Origin: Nitrosopumilus sp.
Lineage (GTDB): Archaea; Thermoproteota; Nitrososphaeria; Nitrososphaerales; Nitrosopumilaceae
Direction: 5' to 3'
DNA: 64,000 nucleotides
NCBI GenBank assembly: GCA_965238275.1
Contig: OZ250186.1
Location: forward strand, 544,001-608,000
Shown: in pieces, positions 47,040 to 57,785 of the stretch
Layout of the letters: each line of letters opens with the position of its first letter
Numbering within the stretch: the stretch's first letter is position 1
Notes under the pieces: model-generated
Told to the model about the DNA's origin: nothing
The model's database searches: none
The model's input: the letters and a program-made list of their open reading frames with translations, nothing else
Made by a program: the position numbers and the translations under genes

Positions 47040-47738
47040 TCATGCTGGAACGGGATCCTGCTTTTTGGATCTTGCAAGTGCTGTTGCAGCAACGGCAATA
47101 CCTACTAGTCCAAGAACGATGCCGGCATAGCCGATCGTCTGCGCAGATTCCGCACCCGTGACGGACTGCTTGAGATCTTCAACGTCGGCTACAAGTGCGT
47201 CATGATCCGTGCCCGTGACGGACTGCTTGAGATCTTCAACGTCGGCTACAAGTGCGTCATGATCCGCACTTAGCAGGTTTAATGTAAGATCCAGGAGTTG
47301 GGGAAATTCTATTTGGGTGCGGTCGTTTACCTTTGGCGGATGCATGGACAGACTGATAGGGGCGTCGTGTATTTGCCCTAGAATGTTTGCCTGATAGAAT
47401 CCTGATACTGTCGGGGTTACAAACGCATAGTACTTGCCAGGTATGTCGTGGTCAGCCGCAAGTGGGAGTATGATGTCGTTACCTTTGAAGACCAGTTGAA
47501 TCTTGATGTCCTTTCTCAGTCCATCTATGCCGTTTTGGAACACCTGTTCTTCAAGTTCCAGACCGGGCTCAAGCGGGCTCACATAAAACTCAATGCCATT
47601 TGTTTCGCCGGAGACGACAGGTTCATTCAGCCAGCCGATCTCAACCCTGTACTCTCCGACAGAATCTACTGTATGTGCGTGAGCAGTCCCAAGCAACCCC
47701 GGGACGACAAGCAGGAGAACCAGATATTGAGATCTCAA
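47040..47738 (-). CDS. Exported, C-terminally anchored protein with an in-frame 57-bp duplication (47155-47266)
   Basis: Signal peptide ending AHA|H; DHDALVADVEDLKQSVTG twice; C-terminal TM helix. Confidence 0.78.
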   Translation of the reverse strand: MRSQYLVLLLVVPGLLGTAHAHTVDSVGEYRVEIGWLNEPVVSGETNGIEFYVSPLEPGLELEEQVFQNGIDGLRKDIKIQLVFKGNDIILPLAADHDIPGKYYAFVTPTVSGFYQANILGQIHDAPISLSMHPPKVNDRTQIEFPQLLDLTLNLLSADHDALVADVEDLKQSVTGTDHDALVADVEDLKQSVTGAESAQTIGYAGIVLGLVGIAVAATALARSKKQDPVPA

Positions 47739-47987
47739 TAATTACACGACGCAGAAGAGAATAAAGAATGTTTGGAGTTTTTGGGTATTATACCATGTTT
47801 CATGTTTGTGTGTGATGGATTTTGCAGGTTGGCATACCTGCATTGTAAAGTCCGCTGAGAATGCCCACAGAACAGAAACCAAAGAATATGTTTTGATCAT
47901 TGATGGTCTGTAGAGCCTGCTCTGCATCCAACGTGTAGTTCTAGACAGGGTGGTTTGTAATACTGAATGGTAACAGGAGTAAAGGGA

Positions 47988-49334
47988 TCAACTAGTCTTT
48001 GCAGACTTGATGCGGGCCAGTTCCTCTTCAAAGAAGAACTTGTCACCAGATATAGGCTTTAGATCGTCAAGCCAGATTGCGTCTGCATCATACTTTGCGA
48101 AGAATGGGTTGCGTGTCCAGTCAGGATTCCTGCCCTGCAGGAATCTCAGAACCAGCAGCTTCTCACCGTTAATCTCTGTGGTTCCCACTACCTGTACCTT
48201 ACCAGGTGTTGCAGACATGCTTGGTCCACGAACCGTCCTTCCCAATCCGCTTACAGTAGAGTATGCCTTGCTGAATATCTCGTATGCCCTTACCAGAGGG
48301 ACGCCAAAGTAGTGCTGGGCGCCGGTATCTCTGACTACAAACATGTAGTATGGAATACAGCCCATCTGAACCTGCTTTCTCCACATCTCGGCCCACATAT
48401 CTGCATCATCGTTAATGTGGGCAAGTAGCGGTGACTGTGTCCTGATTTGGGCACCAGTCTTTCTGACCTCTTGAATTGCTGTTTTTAGGGAACCAGTCGA
48501 CATCTCGTTGAGGTGGTTAAAGTGGGCCATGATTGCCAGATGCAGCCCGCTGTCAGTAATCCTACTAAACGTCTCCAACATCTCTTGGGAATCTACATCG
48601 GTAAGAAATTTGTACGGCCAGTAGGATAATGCCTTTGTTCCAATCCGGATCGTCTTGAGATTTGGAAGTTTGGACTCTATGAGGGCATCAACGTATTTTG
48701 CAAACATCTTTGCCCGCATAATCATCGGATCGCCTCCCGTGAAGAGCACGTCGGTAATCTCGGGATGTTCTGAGACATACTGCACCAATTGTTCGCCTTC
48801 CTGCATGGCAAACTTCATCTCATCCATTCCCACAAACTGCGGCCACCTAAAGCAAAAGCTGCAGTATGCGTGACATGTCTGGCTCTGACTTGGGAAGAAC
48901 AGGCAGGTCTCCTTGTATTTGTGCTGCATCCCAAACAGCTTGGTTCCGTCTTGGAGTGTTGGAACGTTGAGCTCCATCTGGCCTGCCGGGTGGGGGTTCA
49001 GCTTCAGACGAATATCATTTGCAACGGCGGCAATCTCCTTTTTATCAGAATTGTTCTTTAATGCAGTCTCCATCATGGTGTAATGCTCCGGTTTGAGCAT
49101 CCCCCTCTGAGGAAATGTCAGGACGAACATGGGATCGTTTGGGATGTTGTTCCAGTCAATCAGTTGTTCTACGACGTAGTTGTTTGCCTTGAAGGGCAGA
49201 ACGTTTCCCACCACCTCCATCTCAAATTTGGCCTCCTCGGTCATCCCTTCAATTTGCGGAAGCTTGCGAAAATTAGACAGCGTATATGACTTTAGTGAGG
49301 GTCTACTATCCCAGACAGATTCTTGATGTGTCAT
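47988..49334 (-). CDS. KamA-family radical SAM aminomutase
   Basis: HKYKET, CHAYCSFCFR, LFTGGDP, IRIGT, HFNH, PYYMF. Confidence 0.9.
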   Translation of the reverse strand: MTHQESVWDSRPSLKSYTLSNFRKLPQIEGMTEEAKFEMEVVGNVLPFKANNYVVEQLIDWNNIPNDPMFVLTFPQRGMLKPEHYTMMETALKNNSDKKEIAAVANDIRLKLNPHPAGQMELNVPTLQDGTKLFGMQHKYKETCLFFPSQSQTCHAYCSFCFRWPQFVGMDEMKFAMQEGEQLVQYVSEHPEITDVLFTGGDPMIMRAKMFAKYVDALIESKLPNLKTIRIGTKALSYWPYKFLTDVDSQEMLETFSRITDSGLHLAIMAHFNHLNEMSTGSLKTAIQEVRKTGAQIRTQSPLLAHINDDADMWAEMWRKQVQMGCIPYYMFVVRDTGAQHYFGVPLVRAYEIFSKAYSTVSGLGRTVRGPSMSATPGKVQVVGTTEINGEKLLVLRFLQGRNPDWTRNPFFAKYDADAIWLDDLKPISGDKFFFEEELARIKSAKTS

Positions 49335-49438
49335 GCATTGTATAGGAGCCCTGTAATTTTAAATGTATGGGTTTATGACGATTATAATTTCTATTGAATG
49401 GTTCCTTTGGAATTAAGAATGAATGGTTTGGGGCAGGA

Positions 49439-49547
49439 GTTTGCAGTGGTTTTGAGAATAATATATAAAGAAGTTTGCAGTAGTTTTGAAAGTAATATAT
49501 AAAGAAGTTTGCAGTAGTTTTGAAAGTAATATATAAAGAAGTTTGCA
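49439..49547 (+). promoter_or_regulatory. Three tandem 34-bp units each containing a TATA-like element
   Basis: gtttgcagtagttttgaaagtaatatataaagaa at 49439 (diverged), 49473 and 49507; last TATA lies about 25-30 bp before ATG 49559. Confidence 0.75.
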
Positions 49548-49558
49548 ATATCAAAAAT

Positions 49559-51073
49559 ATGATCAAGGAAAAAGATCTACGCGATCAAAATCCATGGTGG
49601 AAGGGAAAAAGAAAAATTTCCAAGGATAAAAAAATCAAAGAATGGGAAAGGACCGAGATAAGATATGATCCCAGACTCAGACATACGATTAGGTATGATT
49701 TCGAATCAGATAATACGGTTGTTTACACATTGTGTGGACCAAGACAGGTTGGTAAAACAACACTTGTTAAATTACAGATCAGGGATTTTCTGGGAAAGGG
49801 AATAAACCCATGGAACATCCTGTATTATTCACTCGACTTGGTCAGAACCCCAGAAGGTATTGTTGAACTAATTGAACTGTATCTGAAACTTAGCGCCAGA
49901 CAAAGAAAAAACAAACGTTATTATTTATTTTTGGATGAAGCCTCACCAATTACTGACTGGCAAAATGGAATCAAATGGTTGGTGGATTCAGACAAATTAA
50001 TCAATTGTACAATAATGGCTACAGGCTCACAGGCCATTAACATTAAAAATGCTACGGAAAAGCTACCAGGACGAAAAGGAATAATCGATGACAATTATGA
50101 CAAAATCCTACCTCCTATGAAGTTTGTAGAATATGCATCATTGTTAAATCAGGATATGGGGGAACTGATCGAACAGAATGGCTTGCTTAGATGCGAGAAC
50201 AGAAGACGTGTTCTAAAAAAATTATTCACAGGAGAGATGGATGAAAAACTGGATAGATTACGTGCGTATCAGAACGAAACTGATGATTTGCTTGAGGAAT
50301 ACATGCTGACGGGTGGAATTCCAAAAGTAATTGATGGAAAAATCAAAACAAACACCATTCATGAGAGTGTCTATACAACTTATCTGCACGGTATTACAGG
50401 ACAATGGAATAAACTGTCAAAAAATGAAGGGTTGTTAAAGCAGTTTGGAGCTTCCATGATCAAAAGTCAAGGCAGTCATGTCTCGTGGAACAGTCTTGCA
50501 AAAAACGCCGCACTGGGAAATTCGATCACAGCAATAGATTATGCAGCCACTTTGGAGAATATGCTTGTCCTGTTAGATATTCCTCGATATTGTGACAAGC
50601 AGAAGACATTAATGAGTATCAAGGATAAAAAGTTCTATTTTCATGATCCGTTCTTTTTGCATGTTTTTAATGGATGGACAAGCCCAAATGCCAATTTTGA
50701 GACTGCACTAACATATCTTGAGGACGAAATCAATCAAAGCAAAATTGTAGGGGGTATTGTAGGGGATCACCTGGTTAGATTGGCGTTTGCAACCAGTAAG
50801 AAAAAGCAGACATTTGACTATCATGATCACGTATTCTACTGGAAGGATGACAAAAACAGGGAGGTGGATTTTGTTTTATACAACGGGAGTGATATTGAGG
50901 TTCCCATTGAAATAAAATACCGAAACAAGATCAATCACAAGGAACTGGCACCCTTGGTAAATTTTCTTGACCGTACAGGGAACAGTGCAGGAATAGTAAT
51001 CTCAAGGTCAACATGGGATGTAAGGACAGATTATGTGATTATCCCCGCGTCCATATTTTTATTGCTGATATGA
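49559..51073 (+). CDS. AAA ATPase with DUF4143 / PD-(D/E)XK C-terminus, low GC
   Basis: QNPWW, GPRQVGKTT, LFLDE, TGS, GGIP, EVDFV...IEIK. Confidence 0.9.
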   Translation: MIKEKDLRDQNPWWKGKRKISKDKKIKEWERTEIRYDPRLRHTIRYDFESDNTVVYTLCGPRQVGKTTLVKLQIRDFLGKGINPWNILYYSLDLVRTPEGIVELIELYLKLSARQRKNKRYYLFLDEASPITDWQNGIKWLVDSDKLINCTIMATGSQAINIKNATEKLPGRKGIIDDNYDKILPPMKFVEYASLLNQDMGELIEQNGLLRCENRRRVLKKLFTGEMDEKLDRLRAYQNETDDLLEEYMLTGGIPKVIDGKIKTNTIHESVYTTYLHGITGQWNKLSKNEGLLKQFGASMIKSQGSHVSWNSLAKNAALGNSITAIDYAATLENMLVLLDIPRYCDKQKTLMSIKDKKFYFHDPFFLHVFNGWTSPNANFETALTYLEDEINQSKIVGGIVGDHLVRLAFATSKKKQTFDYHDHVFYWKDDKNREVDFVLYNGSDIEVPIEIKYRNKINHKELAPLVNFLDRTGNSAGIVISRSTWDVRTDYVIIPASIFLLLI

Positions 51074-51389
51074 TAACTCTAAGTTTGTTTTTTACCGTGT
51101 TTCTGGAGATATCCTGAAAGGGTTAGGCCTGTTCGGCTCCCGGCCGCAGGAACCGGCCAAGAATTTCTGCCAATCTGCCGGACAGCTGTCAGACGGAGGG
51201 TAACTTTCTGTTCAGGCATGCAGCCAGCAATGCCAGATACGCCCGGCCATCTCCAAAACCAGGCATGTTATTTGCAGAACCTGCATTCCAGGGAGCAGGG
51301 TACATGCAAGTCATGGATTTTAACAAAATTATAATACGTCCCGACACCTGTTGTAAGGAGTATGACTCTAGATGGAACCGTGACTAACC

Positions 51390-53117
51390 ATGGCTGAGGA
51401 ACTAGCGCAGGTGCCGATAGGTGAGTTTGAGGCCGCATCACATCTGCTGACTACGTCAGAATCATTGCAGATATCATTCATCATTATGATTCTTGGGGTT
51501 GCCGGGATTGCCATAGGGTACAGAAAGTTTTCGTTCTGGGTTATGTCACGAAGATTCTACTATCAAAGACCGCACATCTCAAGATTTGTAAGGAGGGCCG
51601 TCCTGCCGTTCTTTGCCATTGCGCTAATTACGGTAATCAATGCCCACATACAGGGAAACGTCCTGTCAGATGATGCAATCAGCAGCGAGGATCTACAGGC
51701 CCAGGAGATATTTGCAAAGATTCTCAACACGTTCAACATCATAGTAATCGGATACACCGTGGCGCATCTGATTCCAATCATCCTGACCAAGCGTGAAAAA
51801 TCAATCCAAGAGAAGAGTGATTTTGATGCCTGGTTTGATATGAGGGGGTTTGTAGATGATACAGAAGATCTTTTTCACAGGCTGTACAAGTGGGTTCCAC
51901 CAAAGAACAGACCCGAGGAGATCGAGGAGGAGGAGTTTAGGGAGTTACTCAAGACTGAGGAGGGGGTCAGACGCCTAGAGGGGTTTCGTACCACAAAGGG
52001 AACCCCGATCGGGGGGTATGAGAAACTAACCAAGGAGCCCTTCGAGAAATGGAAAAAGTCAGAGCGTGTAAAGTACGACAAGTACTATCAGAGCTGCATC
52101 ACAGGGGAGAACCAGTCCGGCAGGAAACTAAATCCGAGTGCAAGGCCCGAGGAGATATTTCCAATCGATACGTGGAGGGAGGAGAAGAGGACACACGGGT
52201 ATGCGCCGATCATTCCAAGCTCCCGTCCTCCGGGATACACAAGAAAAAAGAGGAACGAGATGCCCAAGTCCATAAAGCAGATCCTTCCTGTGGGAATATT
52301 TGTGGCAATAATTCTGGGGGTCATGGCATGGTGGGGAGTCGATCTGTTTGTGCTTGCCACTGCAACCGGCGGCTTTTCAATCGGTCTGGGACTGGCGCTG
52401 CAGGAGACCATGCAGAATTATTTTGCATACATTATGATCAGAAAGGACAAGATCTTTACGGAAGGAGACAGGGTACAGCTGGAGACAGGATACAACGGAT
52501 ACGTGCACAAGATTACCCCTAGGGTCACGTACATCAAGGACGCCCTGTACGAGTCAATCGCAGTCATACCAACCAGGCAGCTGGTTACTGCACAGATCAT
52601 AAACTACACCAGGGATAACAAGCTTGTTCCGGCCGTGGTAAAGGTGGGAGTGTCATATCTGAACGACCCCAAACAGGTCGCATCAATACTGACCAAGGTC
52701 GGAAAAAGGGGGATGACAGAGATCATCGATGGCAAGAAAAGGCACTTGGTAAGACAGAGCAGGTGTCCGTATCTGAACAAAAACAGGCCAAGCTGCGGCT
52801 GCGATGCAAATCTCCATGTGGATCTGACGCAGCCCGTGGTCAGGTTTGACGGTTTTAATGACTCGTCGCTTGATTTTTCAATGTGGTTGTGGGTCAGGGA
52901 TTACGGCGCACAGTTCAAGACAAAGACTGACCTGAGAATGATGATATACGAAGAGTTCAAGAGGTACGACATCAGGATTCCGTGGCCGATACGGACGATA
53001 TACCAGGGAGACGAGAACAGGGAGAATGAGGAGATTGCCAGGCACGAACAGGCCAGGAAGAAGGTGATTGACGAGTACGGTGTCGGGGATATCGGGCACG
53101 GCGGGGAGGATGAATAA
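51390..53117 (+). CDS. MscS mechanosensitive channel
   Basis: GLGLALQETMQN, GDRVQ, VGVSY, FNDSSLDF, IRIPWP. Confidence 0.88.
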   Translation: MAEELAQVPIGEFEAASHLLTTSESLQISFIIMILGVAGIAIGYRKFSFWVMSRRFYYQRPHISRFVRRAVLPFFAIALITVINAHIQGNVLSDDAISSEDLQAQEIFAKILNTFNIIVIGYTVAHLIPIILTKREKSIQEKSDFDAWFDMRGFVDDTEDLFHRLYKWVPPKNRPEEIEEEEFRELLKTEEGVRRLEGFRTTKGTPIGGYEKLTKEPFEKWKKSERVKYDKYYQSCITGENQSGRKLNPSARPEEIFPIDTWREEKRTHGYAPIIPSSRPPGYTRKKRNEMPKSIKQILPVGIFVAIILGVMAWWGVDLFVLATATGGFSIGLGLALQETMQNYFAYIMIRKDKIFTEGDRVQLETGYNGYVHKITPRVTYIKDALYESIAVIPTRQLVTAQIINYTRDNKLVPAVVKVGVSYLNDPKQVASILTKVGKRGMTEIIDGKKRHLVRQSRCPYLNKNRPSCGCDANLHVDLTQPVVRFDGFNDSSLDFSMWLWVRDYGAQFKTKTDLRMMIYEEFKRYDIRIPWPIRTIYQGDENRENEEIARHEQARKKVIDEYGVGDIGHGGEDE

Positions 53118-53173
53118 CATGGTCCCAGGCGTCCTTCCTCTCAAAACTTAAGAGACCCGTCAATACAAGTCAT

Positions 53174-54058
53174 TTGATGAATGCCTCAGTGATTGCAGGA
53201 GCGGCATCAGAGGGTCTGGCAGAAAGTATTGCAGAGAGGCTGGATGCAGACCTGATAAGAACCAGCACCAAGGTGTTTCCAGACGGCGAGACCAGGATAA
53301 CGCTGGACGGTACGATATCAGAGGGAATGGCAGTTGTGGTACAGTCAACACACCCGCCGGTTGATACAAACCTGATTGCAGCACTGTCGCTGATCTCAAA
53401 GGCAAGCCAAAAGTCGGACAATGTGGTTGCCGTGGTTCCGTACATGGGATATGCAAGGCAGGACAGGGAGTTTCTGCCGGGGGAGATAGTCACGATGAAG
53501 ATGCTTGGCAGGCTGTTTGAGGGTGCCGGTGCCTCAAGGATCATCACCGTTGACATTCACAGTATGGTGGGACTGGAACACCTTGGCAGGGCAGACAATG
53601 TGAGTGCAATTCCAGGTCTTGCACGGTACTTTGGCGGTTTGAAGTTAAAGGAGCCCATGGCCGTATCGCCGGACCAGGGCGGACGGGACAGGGCAGAGGA
53701 GTTTGCAGGAGTGATGGGAATTCCGTGGATGGCCCTGGAAAAGTCAAGGGACAGGAAGACAGGCAGGGTGCGGATCAACACAGGCACGGCAGAAGAGGCC
53801 AGTGGCAGGGATCTCATACTGGTTGATGACATGATAAGTACGGGTGGAAGTATGATCAAGGCAGCGCAGTTCCTAAAGAGGAACAAGTGCAGGAGAATGT
53901 TTGTTGCGTGTACGCATGCGCTCCTGATAAATGACGCATACAAGAGGATAAGGCAGGCAGGGGTGTCAAGGATTGTCAGCACAAACACCATCCCCGGAAG
54001 GACATCGGCAGTTGACGTCTCAGACGTGGTTGCAGATGCAATAGCTGCCAGGACATAG
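53174..54058 (+). CDS. prs: Ribose-phosphate pyrophosphokinase
   Basis: FPDGE, PYMGYARQD, VDDMISTGGS. Confidence 0.95.
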   Translation: MMNASVIAGAASEGLAESIAERLDADLIRTSTKVFPDGETRITLDGTISEGMAVVVQSTHPPVDTNLIAALSLISKASQKSDNVVAVVPYMGYARQDREFLPGEIVTMKMLGRLFEGAGASRIITVDIHSMVGLEHLGRADNVSAIPGLARYFGGLKLKEPMAVSPDQGGRDRAEEFAGVMGIPWMALEKSRDRKTGRVRINTGTAEEASGRDLILVDDMISTGGSMIKAAQFLKRNKCRRMFVACTHALLINDAYKRIRQAGVSRIVSTNTIPGRTSAVDVSDVVADAIAART

Positions 54059-54091
54059 GCATAAAAGCCTGAGAAGGGCAATTTTGATGAA

Positions 54092-54991
54092 ATGAGACTT
54101 GTATTCCTTGGAACATCGGCTGCTCAACCCACCAGAAGGAGGGGGCTGTCATGCCTGTGCCTGGAGAGGGAGGGGGAGATTTTGATGTTTGACGCAGGAG
54201 AGTCTGCACAGAATGCCTACATGCGGGCTGGCCTTGGATGGAACAAAAAGATGAAGGTGTTCATAACGCATATGCACGGAGACCACTGTATGGGGGTTCT
54301 GGGGCTGCTGCAGACAATGACGATGCAGAAGAGAACCACGCCTCTGGAGATATTTGGGCCCGATGGGATAGAGGAGTTTATTGCAGCAAACATCAGGATG
54401 CTGAACTTTGGTCTGTCGTTTCCGGTTATGATCGAGACTGCCAGGGAGGGAAAGGTTCTTGACGGTTCGGGGTATGTCATCAGGGCGTGCAGGGCAAAGC
54501 ATTCCGTTGTCGCCTTCTCGTACCTGTTTGAGGAAAAAGACAGGCCGGGCAGGTTTAATGTGGCAGAGGCCAAAAAGTTGAAGATACCGGAGGGGCCGCT
54601 TTGGGGAAGGCTGCAGGACGGCAACGAGATTACAGTGGACGGACAGGTGATAAGGCCAGAACAGGTGCTTGGGAAGAACCGACCGGGCGCAAGGATAGGG
54701 ATCTCAGGGGATACGAGGCCCACGCAGGAGTTGGAGAGGTTCTTTGAGGGGTGCGACTATCTGGTGTTTGATTCGACGTTCCTGGATGAACATAGGGAAC
54801 GGGCGCATGAGACATCGCATTCCACCGCGGGGGAGGTAGCGATGCTGGGAAGGAATGCGGGGGTAAAGAACCTGGTGCTGACGCACTTTTCTGCAAGATA
54901 CAAAGACGAGTCAGGGCATCTGGCAGAGGCGTCCAAGATTCATGGTTCGGTGATAGCCGCAAGGGATCTTCTGGAGATTGAGATCAGATGA
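54092..54991 (+). CDS. rnz: Ribonuclease Z
   Basis: FLGTSAA, THMHGDH, exosite GP motif, SGDTRP, THFSARY. Confidence 0.95.
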   Translation: MRLVFLGTSAAQPTRRRGLSCLCLEREGEILMFDAGESAQNAYMRAGLGWNKKMKVFITHMHGDHCMGVLGLLQTMTMQKRTTPLEIFGPDGIEEFIAANIRMLNFGLSFPVMIETAREGKVLDGSGYVIRACRAKHSVVAFSYLFEEKDRPGRFNVAEAKKLKIPEGPLWGRLQDGNEITVDGQVIRPEQVLGKNRPGARIGISGDTRPTQELERFFEGCDYLVFDSTFLDEHRERAHETSHSTAGEVAMLGRNAGVKNLVLTHFSARYKDESGHLAEASKIHGSVIAARDLLEIEIR

Positions 54992-55707
54992 GTTTTGAGG
55001 GAATGCAGGACAGGATCCGGTCGGCCAGGAGAATAGTGTTTGTGACAGGCGCCGGGGTCTCGCAGGAGAGCGGCATCCCGACATTCAGGGGAAAGGACGG
55101 GTTGTGGAGGAGATACGATGTCATGAAGCTTGCAACGATTGATGCATTTTATGAGGATCCCGTGCTGGTATGGGAGTGGTACAATGAGAGAAGGGAGGGG
55201 ATTCTTGCCGCAGAGCCAAACCCTGGACATGCAGCCATTGCCGAGTTGGAGAGGTATGTCGATGTACGTGTCCTTACACAGAACATAGATGGGCTGCACC
55301 AGAGGGCCGGAAGCTCGCACGTGTCGGAGCTGCACGGGAGCATTGTAAGGGTCAGGTGTGTCTCATGCGGTAAAGGCGGGGAGAGGACAGACGAGTTTAC
55401 CAAGGTTCCCCCAATGTGCGGCTGCGGCTGCATGCTCCGGCCAGATGTGGTGTGGTTTGGAGAACCGCTGCCGCAGGACGTATGGGGGGAGGCTATCATC
55501 CAGGCAGGCAGGTGCGATGTAATGGTGGTTGCAGGCACGTCCCTTGAGGTATCCCCGGCAAACACGCTACCATACCATGCACGGCAGGGCGGCGCTGCCA
55601 TAATAGAGGTGAATCCGGTAGAGACTTGCATGTCATCATACATGGATCACATCGCAAGGGGGACGTGCGCCGGCATCCTTCCGGGGATGGTATCGCTGTT
55701 CAGATAA
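54988..55707 (+). CDS. cobB: Sir2-family NAD-dependent deacylase
   Basis: [35 protein letters not shown]. Confidence 0.93.
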   Translation: MSFEGMQDRIRSARRIVFVTGAGVSQESGIPTFRGKDGLWRRYDVMKLATIDAFYEDPVLVWEWYNERREGILAAEPNPGHAAIAELERYVDVRVLTQNIDGLHQRAGSSHVSELHGSIVRVRCVSCGKGGERTDEFTKVPPMCGCGCMLRPDVVWFGEPLPQDVWGEAIIQAGRCDVMVVAGTSLEVSPANTLPYHARQGGAAIIEVNPVETCMSSYMDHIARGTCAGILPGMVSLFR

Positions 55708-55769
55708 GGTCAGGGCAGCATATACGTCAGGGAGGAAATATTCGTAAATAATACGGCATAAAATCATAA

Positions 55770-56153
55770 TTATGGCGAGGTGTTCTCGAATTCACCACCG
55801 GTATGGTTCTGCGGTCTCTGGATGACATCCTCGATGAACTTGAGCGGATTGATGTTTGAGAGCACGTCAGCAGCCGTGTCCTTTGAGGACTCGCCCACTT
55901 CATGCAGTGTGCCGGAGACCTGCTGGCCGGTGTTGTTGATTCCCTCGGTTATGGCGCTGCCTGCCATGTCAAGGGAGTCATCTAGTCGCTCCTGCAGGGA
56001 GTTGGCCGTTCTGTCGCCGAGGCTGTTTATGTCGTCTGTCAGGGCATCATTTACGACGGTGGTGGTGGAAGGGAAGATGTTGCCGATCTCGTTGTAGAAT
56101 ATCAGGCCGCCCAGTATTACAATACCTGCAATTATGCCCAGTTTTATCAGCAT
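55770..56153 (-). CDS. Membrane-anchored hypothetical protein
   Basis: N-terminal TM helix then an amphipathic helical region. Confidence 0.65.
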   Translation of the reverse strand: MLIKLGIIAGIVILGGLIFYNEIGNIFPSTTTVVNDALTDDINSLGDRTANSLQERLDDSLDMAGSAITEGINNTGQQVSGTLHEVGESSKDTAADVLSNINPLKFIEDVIQRPQNHTGGEFENTSP

Positions 56154-56223
56154 CGAAAGAATTTCATGAATTAACGATTTTACAGTAAAACTAAAAAAAA
56201 TACTCAGAGATGATTGAATTTTA

Positions 56224-56628
56224 TTAACCATCCATACCAGAGACCATCCAGGCTGTAACCCTGCCAATGTCCCGGGATGTTATGGTTACAGTGATTGGCC
56301 CCAAGGGGGACTCTGAGGCGCTCTCACAGATTGCGACCTTGCCGGCAAGGGCCGCCTGCCTGTTGAGGTAGAACCAAGTGGAGTTATCCTGCGTGTTCCC
56401 CAAAAGACATCGCCTGTATGTACCCTGCGACTGTCCCGCCTGAATCGTCTTGCAGATCTGTTCAAGGGACTGCAGGTTGACAGACTCTGCGTTGATGCAG
56501 GATGTATCAAGCTGCGTTGTAGAGTATGGGAATATTCCGGATACTGCCTGCCTGACCTTTTGGGGATCCTCAGACGGGTTTATCCTGGCAGACATCCGTA
56601 CCCGGCAATCCAGAACGGGGGTCTTCAT
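56224..56628 (-). CDS. DUF54 / UPF0201 RNA-binding protein
   Basis: INPSED..KV, LNRQAA, SPLGPI. Confidence 0.82.
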   Translation of the reverse strand: MKTPVLDCRVRMSARINPSEDPQKVRQAVSGIFPYSTTQLDTSCINAESVNLQSLEQICKTIQAGQSQGTYRRCLLGNTQDNSTWFYLNRQAALAGKVAICESASESPLGPITVTITSRDIGRVTAWMVSGMDG

Positions 56629-57170
56629 GTCCAGCCCCGGATGACCCGGAGGGCGTCTGCAATCAATGCCTCCTTTGACACGCCTATGTTTGACAGGGTA
56701 TAGTCAGAGAGTACGATGGAGTTGCTGATGCCCACGTTGAGTTCGCGGCCGTCCCGCTCGTCAAAGTGCTGCCTTGTCTGGGGATCGTCTGATCTTGCCC
56801 TCTTTTGCAGAAAACCAAACCGGACATCCGTTGAGGCGTGTACTGCCAGCAGCCTTACTTTGCCAAACCTCTGGAGTACGGCCACCTCGTCGTTGGATCT
56901 TACCCCGTCAACCAGTACGACATCAGATGCAGACGACTCGATCTTGGGCCTTATCAGTTCGGCTACGGCGCCCGGGCCGCCGTCCTCCCTGAGTTCAAGC
57001 ATGAGTCTTCCAAGGCTTGTCCGGGTAGGCTCAAGACCGCGCCGGGCCGCCTCGTCCCTTACGGCATCGCCCATGCTCAGTGCCTCATACCCCTCCGTCT
57101 TCAACCCGTCTACGATGGTGGTCTTTCCGGCACCGGGCATCCCAGTCAGACATACGATCAGTTTTGGCAA
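56625..57170 (-). CDS. Dephospho-CoA kinase-like P-loop kinase (UPF0200)
   Basis: TGMPGAGKT, MGDAVR, DGVRS, RSDD, RDGREL. Confidence 0.85.
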   Translation of the reverse strand: MPKLIVCLTGMPGAGKTTIVDGLKTEGYEALSMGDAVRDEAARRGLEPTRTSLGRLMLELREDGGPGAVAELIRPKIESSASDVVLVDGVRSNDEVAVLQRFGKVRLLAVHASTDVRFGFLQKRARSDDPQTRQHFDERDGRELNVGISNSIVLSDYTLSNIGVSKEALIADALRVIRGWT

Positions 57171-57245
57171 TGTGTGGGATTGGTGGAGCCGGTATATGGG
57201 AGTTGGGAGATATCATTATAGCAAGTCCCTCCCGGAGGTGAAGTT

Positions 57246-57785
57246 GTGAGAACCTTCGTGGCAGTCCAGATATCAGACGCAGGCATAATTGACTGGATAG
57301 GAAGAATCCAGTCGGGGATTGGTGCAGGCCACAGGCATGTAAGGCCGGAGAATCTTCATTTTACGCTACAGTTTCTAGGAGAGATCCCAGAGGATGTCCT
57401 TGGGAAAGCAGTCAGGGCCGTTGAGGGCATCAGGTTTTCAGGGTTTGATGTGTCGCTAAGGGGGATCGGCGCGTTTCCCAGTGCAAGACGCCCAAGGGCA
57501 GTATGGGTGGGCACTGACAGTGCAGGAGGCGACATGCTAGTCGGGCTGTCAGGGAAGGTGCGAGAAGCACTTGAACCGTTGGGACTGTCTCCGGACAAAC
57601 CGTTCAGGCCGCACCTGACAATATTTAGAATTAAAAAGAAGACAGACAATATGACAGAGGAGATGAAGGGGTATGATGGAATGTGTCTTGGGACACAGAG
57701 GATAGAGAGCATCAGGCTCAAGAAGAGCGTGCTGGGACCGGACGGTCCGGCTTATTCGGATCTGGCAGTAGTGGGTGCCGTATGA
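57246..57785 (+). CDS. thpR: RNA 2',3'-cyclic phosphodiesterase
   Basis: Two HxT motifs (HFTL, PHLT). Confidence 0.92.
   Translation: MRTFVAVQISDAGIIDWIGRIQSGIGAGHRHVRPENLHFTLQFLGEIPEDVLGKAVRAVEGIRFSGFDVSLRGIGAFPSARRPRAVWVGTDSAGGDMLVGLSGKVREALEPLGLSPDKPFRPHLTIFRIKKKTDNMTEEMKGYDGMCLGTQRIESIRLKKSVLGPDGPAYSDLAVVGAV

Noticed and set aside
49439-49547. Mini CRISPR array
   Set aside because: Units are contiguous without spacers and contain TATA-like elements
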